Part shown: positions 53,501 through 64,000 of the stretch, in pieces
Layout of the letters: each line of letters starts with the position of its first letter
Numbering within the stretch: position 1 is the stretch's first letter
Assembly (NCBI GenBank): GCA_026026165.1
Contig: JAPEUD010000010.1
Location: 310,001 to 374,000 of the forward strand
DNA: 64,000 bases
From: Sarea resinae
Lineage: Eukaryota
Direction: 5' to 3'
Notes under the pieces: generated by a model
What the model was told of the DNA's origin: nothing
Databases searched by the model: none
The model's input: the letters and a program-made list of their open reading frames with translations, nothing else
Position numbers and translations under genes: made by a program

Positions 53501-53620
53501 GAGAGCGAGGTCGCGAGGAAGTGGTTTGGCAATCTGGTTCGCGAGAGCGGGAACATTGAACGTGGGGTCCGCGGCGTGGATCTCGAGGGGCCGGCGCCCG
53601 GTGTGGCGGCTGCCATGTAA
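50553..53620 (+). CDS. FZO1: Mitofusin, mitochondrial outer-membrane fusion GTPase
   Basis: Exons 50553-50865, 50940-50988, 51042-53200, 53265-53620. Motifs: [63 protein letters not shown], and a TM hairpin near the C-terminus. Confidence 0.96.
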
Positions 53621-53929
53621 GAGAAATTTTTCTTCTAGTGGGTTTTGAGAAAGCATTGAATTGGGTCGTCGTCGTTGTCGGCGGTGGTGGTGGTGGTGGT
53701 GGCAGGTCTGAAAGGCCGCCTCACCAATATAAAAGGAAACAACGGAAATGGCAATCATGATGGTCTTTTTTTTGTCTTTTTTTTTTTCATGATCTGGCAT
53801 CAGCGTGGTCTCTTCTCTCTTTGTTGTGCTTCTACTGTTTTTCTTTTCTTGTTTGAAAACAAACACCCCCTTACTCGGCTCCCCCCCCTTCCCCCTCACC
53901 CCCCAAACATTCATTCATTTACCTATTCA

Positions 53930-54045
53930 ACGCTCTAGCGTCGGCGTGAGCGTGAGCGTGAGCGTCAGCGCGTATACAATAGTAATCCTTCCTGCTCTCT
54001 TTGAGCTTCGATTCTCCCTCAACCAACCAATCTATCTGTCTGGCC

Positions 54046-54076
<31 letters not shown>

Positions 54077-55375
54077 GCTTTCGCCCCTTCCCCACCGCCC
54101 AAGACCATCCCCTTTTCCCCATAAACCCCTCCCCCGCTTTCCCACATATTCCCCTCTCCCAACCCCAAGCCGTCCTCTCTCCTCTCTCCTCTCTCCCCCC
54201 CTCCTCCCACAAGCACCGCACACCGCACACCCACGCCCCAAGGGCGCCAAGGCACCAATGGTACTTTAACTCTACCTGAACAGAAAAGAACAGGACAGAA
54301 TAGAACAGACTCTTTCCCTTCCTTTCCGATTCCTTCATCCCCTTGAGCGCTCCTTCAGTACACCCTTGCCCTTGCTTTTTCCCCTTCTTGAGACGGGAGG
54401 ATAGGAACAGGAGAGGAGAGGAGAGGGAAAAAAAGAGGAGAGGAAAGGACTGGAAAGGAAAGCATACTTACATACTTTCATATACGATATACGATATACG
54501 ATATACATATACGATATAATACGATACGTGAAGACGGACGGACGCACGGACGCACGGACGCACGGGATCTTCTACATCTAGCTGGTTTTTCTTGGGGAGT
54601 TTTGGATGGAAAGAGAAAGTTATCGTGTTTGTCGTCATCGTCATCTTCATGTGCAGGGATAGTGGTGGTGGTGGTGGTGGTGGTCAAGTCGTGATGGGGA
54701 TGGGGATTGAGATCAGGGGCTTAGGTTTTGGGTTCTGTGCCGTGTGCCTACGTACCGTACCGACCGGCCGGTTTTCGATTGAAGCGGGTACCGAAAAAAA
54801 GTAGAAAAGTAGAAAGGTAGGAAGGAAGCGATAATGTGATACTAGCTAGGCCTTCTTGGCTGATGGAACGAGAGGTGCAGAGGGCTTTTTTGTTTTCAGG
54901 GGAGGGGGGAGAGAGTTTTTTTTTGGATGCTTTCTTGACGTTGAGGTCGAGAGATTTCTATTTGGTTTTTGGGTTGTGTTTGGAGGACAGTGGCGTGGCG
55001 TGCAGTGTTGCGTTGCGTTGCACGATGCTGCACTCAGTCAGGGCTAGCTAAGCTGAAGATGAGGTTGAAGATGGAGATGGAGATGGAGATGAAGGTGGGG
55101 AAAAAGGGAAGGGGAAAGGGGTAAAGGAAATCATGTATGTACAGAGGAAAGACATCGGGGGTTCCCAGCCCAACTCTACCCAGCCCAGCTCAGCCCAGCC
55201 CTGCCCAGTCTAGCCCACCTTGCCTCCTTTCCGCGCCGCCGGGATGATGGAGGATTCGGAAAAGGGGAAGGGACGACGCGACGGCACGATATCCCAATCC
55301 CACCCCGCCAGGCTCCATACCTACCAATCGGCGACGCAATTACTCACCCACTCATTCACTCACTCATCCACCCAC
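53930..55375. repeat. Microsatellite-rich spacer: (GTGAGC)n, (TCTG)n, (ATACGAT)n, (GGACGCAC)n, (GGT)n, (GATGGA)n, (CCCAG)n, (CACT)n
   Basis: Seen directly between the convergent FZO1 and GCV3 3' ends. Confidence 0.88.
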
Positions 55376-56270
55376 TCACTCCTCCACAAAAGCCTTGTAC
55401 TCCTCCTCGCCCATCAGGGCCTCGAGTTCCGCCAAGCCCTTATCGCCGACCTTGACTTTGGCGATCCATCCCTCGCCCTCGGGCGCCTTGTTGATCGTGC
55501 CCGGCTTCTCCTCCAGCACGCTGTTGGCCTCGACCACCTCGCCGGACACGGGCGACATGATGTCCGAGGCCGACTTGACCGATTCGACGGCGCCGATCGA
55601 GTCACCCGCCGACACTTCGAGCGGGAGCGTCGGCAGCTCCACGTAGACGATGTCGCCGAGGCTGTGGGATGCGTAGGATGTTATCCCGATAGTGCCGATG
55701 GACGTCTCGGGCGATAGGTCGATCCATTCGTGATCTTGGGTGTATTTCTTTGCGGCTGCTGTTGGGGAGGAAGATGGCGTTAGTTTGGGGTCAAGTGGTG
55801 GTGCGTAGATTAGTGTAGGTGCTGGGGTTGCGTGGCAGAGTGAGAGATGGGGAGAGAAATAGAGATAGATGGAGAGCAATTGGACGTTGGATCTCAGTGC
55901 TGGCTTGTATGCAGCCTGGCCAGTTGGACCCTCCATAAGCCAGATGCTATGGCTGAGCTTCTTTCTTCCTCGTTCTCTCTTCCCACCCTTCTCCCACACA
56001 GACTCGTCACAGCAGCGCTTGCTTGTCTCCCTCCCAAGAGTCCTTCTCCATCTCTCCCGACTCTCCCCCCACGAAGAAAGAAAAAGAACAGGTGATTCAC
56101 GTACCCATAGCCGAAACACCGAATGCCCTCTTCCCCAGAACGCCCAATTGCGTCTTCTGTGCCGATCGGCGCAGCAGCGCAGCGCCTCCCCGTGGCATCA
56201 GGGTGGTGGTGGGGCGCATGGCGGCACCGGCGAGGGCGACGGCGGAGCGGGAGAGGGTGCGAGTTGCCAT
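55376..56270 (-). CDS. GCV3: Glycine cleavage system H protein, mitochondrial, ~182 aa
   Basis: Exons 56270-56105 (Arg-rich, acid-free presequence) and 55758-55376. Motifs: KKYTQDHEWI, TIGITSYA, LGDIVYVELP, VESVKSASD (lipoyl-Lys), GWIAKVK. Confidence 0.96.
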
Positions 56271-56695
56271 TGTTGATGATGGACGAACAGTGAGGTGGAG
56301 TCGTGGTGGTGGAAGGGATTGAGGTAAAGGATGGATCGTCTTATCTATCCACACGACGATTGATGATGGCGGTGCGGTAGACAGCAGTAGCGGACCGTAG
56401 TGAAGAGCTGACAGCCCACAGCCCACAGCCCACAGCCAGCAGCACCGACGCCGGCGCGCAGCGGGCGGTGATGTCGCCTCGCCAATCATACAACCGTGGT
56501 ACCACGGCGCCGAGTTCGGCTTAGTCAGCAGATTATCGAAATGTCCATGCCATGATGATCGAGCCGTAAAGCTTCAATGATGATTCTCCAGCGACAATTA
56601 CAACCAACATCCCGCCCAGCAGCCCGCTTCAACCCAAACAACCCGCTTGCCAACGTCAATCTCGAGAAAGCTGCAGATAGCAGGCAGGGCAAATC
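56271..56695. promoter_or_regulatory. Compact divergent (probably bidirectional) promoter between GCV3 and MRP17
   Basis: Head-to-head start codons 425 bp apart; shared control is inferred. Confidence 0.55.
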
Positions 56696-57351
56696 ATGTT
56701 GTACGAATTGATCGCCGTGGTAAGCTAATCAACTGCCTAGAAACTTGTCCTCGGCGGGCACAGAGGGAGAGACGGAGAGGGAGAGAGAATCAAGAGAGGA
56801 TTACAGACTTAATAGAGCTGACGCTGATCCCGAATTTCTAGGTCCGACCAGGCAATGTCAGCGAAGTGCGAGAGTAAGCCAGAGCCATATTCAATCGCAG
56901 CCACTCCCCGTCCTCTCCACCATCACGACATCCAGGACTCCCGTCCCCCCATTCACCTCCCACCTATATATCTCCAATACTAACCCCTCCCTCCCTCAGG
57001 ATCGCACGCACGACCGGCTCGCTGATCCTCCAACAAGGCGGCGTAATCCGCGGCCTAACCAACTGGGGCCCCTTCACGCTGCCGAAGCCAACGCGAAAAC
57101 ACCAAGCCACGCACCACCGGGGCCACTATTTCCTGATGCGCTTCGACGCCCAATCCAACGCGCAGCACCTGCTCAAGAAGACGCTGAACCTCGACCCGCG
57201 CATGATCCGCTTCAACGTCGTCAAGATGGGCGAGACGCTCAAGGAGATCGCCGAGGTCGAGGGTAAGGCCCCCTGGGGTCGGCGCGATGATGATGGTGTC
57301 GATGCCGAGTTCGGCGGACGTTCCAGAGCCTCGTTCGGTGATGATATCTGA
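56696..57351 (+). CDS. MRP17: Mitochondrial ribosomal small-subunit protein bS6m, ~135 aa
   Basis: Exons 56696-56719, 56842-56873, 57000-57351. Reads MLYELIAVVRPGNVSEVREIAR...GGVIRGLTNWGPFTLP...GHYFLMRFDA...LNLDPRMIRFNVVK. Confidence 0.94.
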
Positions 57352-58129
57352 TTTTTTTTTTCTTGAGAACGCCTTTTGAGCGGGGAGAGGGGGGAAATGG
57401 GGACGAAGACGGGGTGGATTGCGTCGAGGGAAGACGGCGGGTCTACGGGCGGAGGGTCTGAGTCGAAGCGTGTATGATATACGCCCACATTTTCGTGTGT
57501 ACATTTATCTGCTTGGGAGCCGCCAATGGAGTTCTGGGTTCGGGCATCCCGTCTATATCTTATCATATGTTGCCGCAAGAATGCACAACATAAAACGACC
57601 ATCTACAGTTCGGGAAAGTAATGGGTCTTTCTTTACAATCTATGACACATCGTGATGCTCGAATCCGTACAGCGGATTGATAGATAGACAAATTTCATTC
57701 ACATTGAAAGGTCAACACAGCGATGGCATTGCTTTTCCTACTAGAATATATATATTTCATTCTGAATCATCTTGACGCTTGGGAGTTTTGAAAAGCCTCG
57801 CTAGAGAATACACAAACGAGGGGGAGAAGAAGATTATCCGTATATGATACAACACGCGGGAACCGAATAGTGAACACGTCGAGGTTGCTTGCCGGGTAAG
57901 GCAGGCAAAGAAGTATGTATGTATGCGTGAAAGGTGGCGGTAGACAAGAGAAAAAAGGTCGTCCCTTGAACGCTCCGTACGCCCAGCAAGCAAAAGAGGA
58001 GAACAGGCAGGGGAAGGGCAGAGAGGACGGAAGAAGAGGACGAAATGGAGAACAAAAGAAAAGAGAACAAAACGCCCCGAGGGAAATCACCACATCCCAC
58101 CAACCCCATTCATTTCGTCTCAACGAGCG

Positions 58130-58161
<32 letters not shown>

Positions 58162-58231
58162 AGTCTGAGCCGGCCAGCTCAATCATGCAGACATTCCCCT
58201 GACAAGAATAACAAAAGCAAAAACGTCACGC

Positions 58232-61215
58232 CTAGAATAAGCTCCATCCCCTGCTGCCAGCACGTTCTTTGGCCGCGGATGCCTTGTTGGTTGCACTAGC
58301 CTGCACTCGTTTCTCGCGTACGTCTAGCTGACGTAGAGATTCCATCTTCTCTAGCACAAGCTCCAGCATCTCTTTGCGCTTGATGACGTCGAGATGACGG
58401 CGGACCTTGGGGTCCTCGCGAGCAAAGCGCTCGATATCTGCGTCCGAGAGGTGGCGGCCGAGGCGGAGGTCGAGCTCTCGGGGGAACTGTTTAAAAATAA
58501 ATGTCAGATGCTGGACACAAGAGACAGACATGCTTGTTTGCATATCGGGACAAAGGAGGCCTACATGATAGTAGAATTCAGAGAGGAGCTCAACGTTGAG
58601 GAAGAGAACGGCGGTAGATGTTAATTTGTCGGCGACGACATCGAGGAAGATCTCAGGGCAATAGTATTTATTCTTCTTGTCGGCGCATTGCTTCGATTTC
58701 ACCGCCAAAAGCCTCATCTTAATGATATCAGCTCGATCGCGGAGGAAGACTGCTTCTCTGCCTGAATTCTGTGTCAGCTTATCGGCTTGATTTCTAGGAA
58801 AAGAGACCGTACCTTTGGCAAGTAGGGCAGAGCTGAAGCCTCCTGCACCTCCGGTGCCATCACCCTCGAGCACGACATCTCCTCGCCTTACTCGATCAAT
58901 AAATCCAATGACATCCCGCATTTTCCGTTTCCCTCCAACGGTTTCTTCTACCTCTTTCGATGCGGCCTCACATGCCTTCAACTCTTCCTTCAACACTTTG
59001 CCAACATTCTCCCTGCCCTTACCCCACTCTCGGTCCTCGACTTCGATCTCAAACTTGTACGGTTTGATACAATTCTCGACCTGGTCACTTGTGCTATAGA
59101 ACCGATCGTTGAGGATACCAGACGAAGCTTCTGTGATAGCCTGGCGAGCGAACGGGTGGGTGGTGAACCTGGAGGATGCGAGCAGCTCGTCGACGTTAGA
59201 TTGCAAGGCATTCGCTACTACGGTGGTGGCAAGACGTCCAACACCCAATTTCGTGAGAGACGCGGTAGAGGCTTCCAATTTCCGGATCCAGAGCGGATCT
59301 TCGGGGTCTGCTTTGGGTAGCTCTTTGAGAGATTCCACATCGTGGAGGGGCTGAGTCAAGTCATTGATAGGCTTGTTCCAGTAGCGCTGTGCTAGAACAT
59401 CAAGAACTCGCTGGTCAAGCTCTCGCTTCAGTAGCTCCCGGACCTGAGGGCGCCCAAACTCCTCTGTGAATTCCTTGAACGAATGCTTGAATGCGTCAAG
59501 GCTTTCAGCTAGGTAGGATTCTGCACTTAGGGGGCGGTCATTGTACTGGACTTTGAACTCGTATGTAGCTTCTTCAAGCTCGGATCGGATCGCTTCGCTC
59601 GTTCCTTGAAGACTGGCAGCCATAGTTTGCTCCAGAACCTGCATCAGCTTCTGCCTTAGTAAAGTGGTGCCTACGCTGAGATCCGATTCCGGGCCAAATT
59701 CCAGCGGATGAGCAGAGAAATAAGCATTCTCATTCTTTGTAATGAGGCTGGTGATGTTGCCACTGCCGCGATTGAATAGCTTGTTGCTGCTAGGGTGCGG
59801 TACGCGGCAGACGACCCCGACGTAGCCTAGCCTTAAGGGGTATTTCCTATCTGCCAAAATGCTGGCACCCCTCTGGGGATCCACTAGATCCATCTTTGTC
59901 ACCACACCAATAGTACGCTCTCCTCGTGGATCCACCCTCCTACTGGCTCGAAGAGCGGTTGAGTTGGCCAGATCAACATCAGCAGCTGAGATGGCTAAAA
60001 TAATGTTCGGTGGCTGGATGTATTTGTCGCAGAGTTCGGAAATTTTTTGCTTCAGCTCCAGCGGCTGGTCCAATCCTGCGACTTGGATATAACCAGGGAG
60101 ATCGATCAACGAAAGGTCGGGGACATTTGGAGAAAATATGGAGAGTTGGATCGGATCATCAGAAACGCAATCTGCTGCTGGCACGGCAAGATTAAGATCC
60201 GTCAAAGTCTTCTGTATGTGAGAAAAATCCGTGATTTTTCCAAGCCCAAGAGCAGGAAATTCTCCATATTCGGCTTGAGCGTCGGGTGTGTTCACAAGCG
60301 TCAGCTCTATCGGTCTTCTTGTGACCATGTTAGATCCTTTTGGAAGGAATTCATGACCAACGATTGCCTCCAAGACAGAACTCTTTCCGGAAGATTGGGA
60401 CCCTATCACGACGATTGATGGTAATGTGAGAGCGTCTGACTGTCCGACGGTTTGCAAGATGGTTCGGATCTCAATCATCTTTTTGGTCAGCATCATCATC
60501 TGATCGTCTCTGGCACCTTGCTCGTCTGTCCGATCGTCGTCTTCTGGTGACACCTCGTAGCCGAAAGCAGCCCCAGTGGCCGCACCTGCTGCTGCAGCAC
60601 CCGCTCTGCTCTGGCTTGGCTCGCCCTCTGGCCCACCATCACTGCTGCCAGAAGACGATGATTCCCCATCCAATCGTAAGATTTTCTGAAGCCAGTCCGG
60701 TAGATCTACATCATCCTTCGTCTTCTCCCATCCTCTCCGTGTCTGGTCTATTATGTCCTTTGCGCTTCCGAACGCGCTACCAGCAGCACCTGTGGCGGTA
60801 TCCCCAGCGCGTTTGAATATGTCCATCGCATAATTACCAGCCTCTGCAGATGATTAGCATTAGTATTACTTTCTCACAGATTGCGCTTTCCTCGCGGGTT
60901 CTTACGGGTTGCTTGGTATTGAAGATATGCCAAGCCGGCGATCATGGCTCCTCCAAATATGGCGGGTATCCGGGCGAACTTCATCACCAGATGAGGGATG
61001 ACGCGTGCAAAGGAAATCGCCCGAACGGCGGGAACATTGTGCAGTGTATGGGCGCCGATGGGCCATGGTCTCTGGCGGACGATGCGCGCACCGAGATCTG
61101 AGCGTAGCAAGCCGCCTGCACTGGTGGAACTCGAGTAATGAGCCGATCGACGCACCAGGAGCGGACCTCGACGGGCGAGGGGCAGCAGCCGGGAGGAGAG
61201 AAGTCTCCCACTCAT
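58232..61215 (-). CDS. MGM1: Dynamin-related mitochondrial inner-membrane fusion GTPase (Mgm1/Msp1)
   Basis: Exons 61215-60906, 60843-58813, 58761-58565, 58486-58232. Presequence, TM segment (IPAIFGGAMIAGLAYL) and a small-residue stretch typical of the rhomboid cleavage region (AGAAAAGAATGAAFG). GTPase motifs: LPSIVVIGSQSSGKSSVLE, VTRRP, DLPG, TKMD. Confidence 0.97.
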
Positions 61216-61616
61216 CCTCGCGACGATTCTGCAGTAAGACGCCCAAATGCGAATGGAGAAGGTGGGAAGTTATAAGACGACCATGCAGGAAGATGAAAGG
61301 CGGAAGATATAGATGACACGATGTATGGTATGGGTTGATATTGGATGTGTCTGAATTAAAGTTGAGGCTGACGTCGGAGTGGCGGTGGTGGTGGTGCGAG
61401 TCGGAGGACGTGCAGGGTCTACTACGGCGAGTAAATCACACCGATGATGCTGATGCGCGATATTGCATTACCGTATGCAGTATTGATATCGTGTACTCTG
61501 AGTATCCATATGGATCGTGATGGATAACGACTGTACGTAGATTGCTTGCTACCATCATCAAGATCGAGGACTCCCGTACTCATTTTAGCACTTGGGTGTT
61601 GCTGCCTCCTCTATCG

Positions 61617-62552
61617 ATGTCGGCCAATCCTCGAATTTACACGTCATGGTTGCCTGACGCGACTAAGGCGGAGATGGACTTTGTCGAGTCATCCTTCTTC
61701 AACGTCCATGGACCAAAGGCGCGCCTGCCAACCCCTGCAGAAGTCAGAGCTTTGTCTCCCAGGTCACGCCCAGTCAGATTTGAGCAGCTTGACCTTTTTG
61801 TCAAGTTTGGGTACGAAGTGGCGATCGAGGAAGCACAATGCCTTTGGGCTGTTAGAAAGGTGTTTGGACAAGATGTTCCTGTACCAGAAGTTTACGGTTG
61901 GCGAGTCGATGAAGATCAAATATTCATTTACATGCAGCTTATCCGAGGGCAAACGCTTGCAGAAAGGTGGGATTTTCTAAGTCATTCAGATAAATCGACT
62001 ATCTGTGATCAGTTACGCCAAATGATTGCGTCGCTACGCCGAACTGAACAAGACCCTTCCGATCCGTTCATTGGTATGTAATAGGACTAGAACGTGTCTG
62101 CATCTTTTAATATACGTCTTATAGGGTCTATTAATCGCGGAGCTCTACTCGACTATATCTTCCAGGGCAAGCCAAAAGGCGGCCCTTTTGCCAACATCAG
62201 TCTTTTTCACGATTGGCTTTCTTGGCTGCCTTGGAGATGGTTACCTCCTTCGCAGAATTTCGTGGATCCCTACAAATCACTTCTGCCAGATACCGGCACC
62301 ATCACTTTGACCCACTGTGACCTGCACCGAGGTAATATAATTATCTCTACGACAGCTCCACCTAGAGTTCTAGCAATTGTCGATTGGGGCCAGTCTGGCT
62401 GGTATCCTGACTATTGGGAATATTGCAAAGCATGTTATACTGCTCCAGATTGGGAAGAGTGGCGAAGCGAATGGATCCCAACCTTTCTTAGTCCACGAAT
62501 GGAGGAAGCAGAAATAGTATCAGAATACGTTATCGCAATGGGATCCGTATGA
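61617..62552 (+). CDS. Aminoglycoside phosphotransferase (APH)/choline-kinase-like protein, ~294 aa
   Basis: Exons 61617-62073 and 62125-62552. Motifs: FVKFG, VPVPEVYGW, THCDLHRGNI (Brenner-type), AIVDWGQSGWYPDYWEY. Confidence 0.9.
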
Positions 62553-63445
62553 AACGAGATTTTGTGAGGCAAAGAAGGTTAAGGAGATGATGGCGGCTTT
62601 CTTCGAGTCTGTGGAGTCTACTGTACTTGTTAAAGGACGCGGTGATTAGTGGAGGAGGTTTCAGGCTCTTGTCCCCGTCAGACTGAAACAATGAGGTCGG
62701 TGGGGAAATGCTTAAATGGCCACGGCCGTGGTGTAGTGGAACGTCGCTGCCAATGCTCCAATTCGTACTTGCGACTGTGAGCAGAGAGATGTCACTTTCA
62801 TCTCTTTGGGGGACAAAGAAGACAATCTCATGGGAAGAGCAGCGTTGCAGCTGGTGCCGACTATGATATCCGGTTACGTGCGTTGGGAAGAGGATGAAGA
62901 ACCAGGATCGAGAACCGTGCCGGCAGCTACAGGCACGTTGTACGGGATAAGGTGATTGGAGTGCAGAGGCAGAACGGTACAAGTAAAGGCATGACTTTAT
63001 CAATATTACACGGAAGAGCAGTGATGCGACGGTGAAATACTATAGTACGGTTCTAACAACAGCGAGTGCAGGAAAACGTACTGAAGATGATAGCGTCAAT
63101 CAAATGCCGCCGGAGAGTAAGGACAATCTATAAATTTAAGAGGATAGCAGGGCAAAATAAAGCAGAGATAGTACAGCACACTTAGAACAAAAAGGAGAGA
63201 TAAGAATGTTGGAGTTGACGCCGCCATTGTCTTGTTTAGAACACTATCGTAGGAAACCTCAATTCTCTGATTGAGGCCACAGCTGCCTGCCGGATGTCAG
63301 AAGAGAGCGTCCAAGAATCAATGGTTGATTAGATGACAAACCTTCTACCGCCAGATCCTATCACACCACCTCAATGCCCATATATTCTACTTCCACACCC
63401 ACGACGAGGCTGCCGGAGCTCGCTGGGCAATGTCTGGCTTTTAAC

Positions 63446-64000
63446 TTAGCCTCGGCCTCGGCCCCGGCCTCTACCAACAGGCTGCAAGCCGACACCGTGA
63501 CTAGGTGGGTCGCGCTGGGACTGTACAATCGCAAGGGCAGTGGGTGCGATGTAGTTGCGATCGACGAGGCGTCTGACATAGTCCGTAGTCCATTCTTGGC
63601 ACCTTCTGTTGGTTGTCTGTATAGAAATTCAGTTCACCACTTTCTTTTTGGACTAAGTAACAAGCTCACATCATTGACGGGCGCCAAGAAATTCTGGCTG
63701 ATTGCAGGCGGGGGCACCTGAGCGGCAACCAGCTCTATGTTCCCTCTCGGTGTATTGTCTTGACCCCTCTCTCCGCTCTTGGGGTCAACTATATGTTGTG
63801 CACTAACTTGTCCAATTGGTACCATAGTGTGAGACCGAGCAGTCATCTCTGGGGAGTAATTGCGTTTGAACTCAAGCATGTAGCCGGCCATAGGTGCCCC
63901 GACGACGTGAATAAGGGTCCCTTTGGAGGGATCAGCGCCAGACGGAACGAATAAGGAGAAATGCGCTCGTTGTGTTGAGATATCGCGAAATGCGACAAGA
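63446..64000 (-). CDS. Conserved-looking fungal hypothetical protein (DUF6540-like, from recall), 5'-truncated by the window edge
   Basis: The frame is open from the edge to 63670, then a 53-nt intron at 63669-63617 (GTGAGC...CTGAA...CAG) and an exon at 63616-63446. Spliced: RAHFSLFVPS...GTLIHVVGAPMAGYMLEFKRNY...APVNDTTNRRCQEWTTDYVRRLV...GRGRGRGRG*. Confidence 0.8.

Noticed and set aside
10041..58812. Seven in-frame, stop-free introns (CLG1, hydrolase, DPB11 x2, TUL1, MGM1 x2) suggesting regulated intron retention
   Set aside because: About 7 of 36 short introns is roughly what chance gives, and removing them restores conserved motifs.
62530..63003. 157-aa minus-strand ORF between APH and the last gene
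   Set aside because: It starts at TTG, has no motifs and lies in convergent 3'-UTR space.

Overview
Intron-rich genomic DNA from a filamentous ascomycete (Pezizomycotina-type GT-AG introns with CTRAY branch sites), with many microsatellites. I could reconstruct 17 protein genes by hand-splicing. In order: Clg1/Pcl-type cyclin, HEM3, an alpha/beta-hydrolase, a 53-aa Cys/His microprotein missed by the ORF track, CHS7, a GNAT acetyltransferase, an Aly/Art-type alpha-arrestin, DPB11/Rad4 BRCT scaffold, TUL1/Dsc1 E3 ligase, PTC1, VPS2/DID4, FZO1, GCV3, MRP17, MGM1, an APH-family kinase, and a spliced unknown-function gene cut by the right edge. I found no tRNA, rRNA, CRISPR array or intact transposon. 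The most notable items are: (1) the hidden microprotein gene with its own 5'-UTR intron; (2) four consecutive mitochondrial genes, flanked by the outer- and inner-membrane fusion GTPases; (3) tandem uORFs ending 2 nt before the cyclin start; (4) repeating GC3-rich, microsatellite-rich zones at convergent gene ends; (5) a RIP-like left edge. Gene names come from recognising motifs; no database searches were run.
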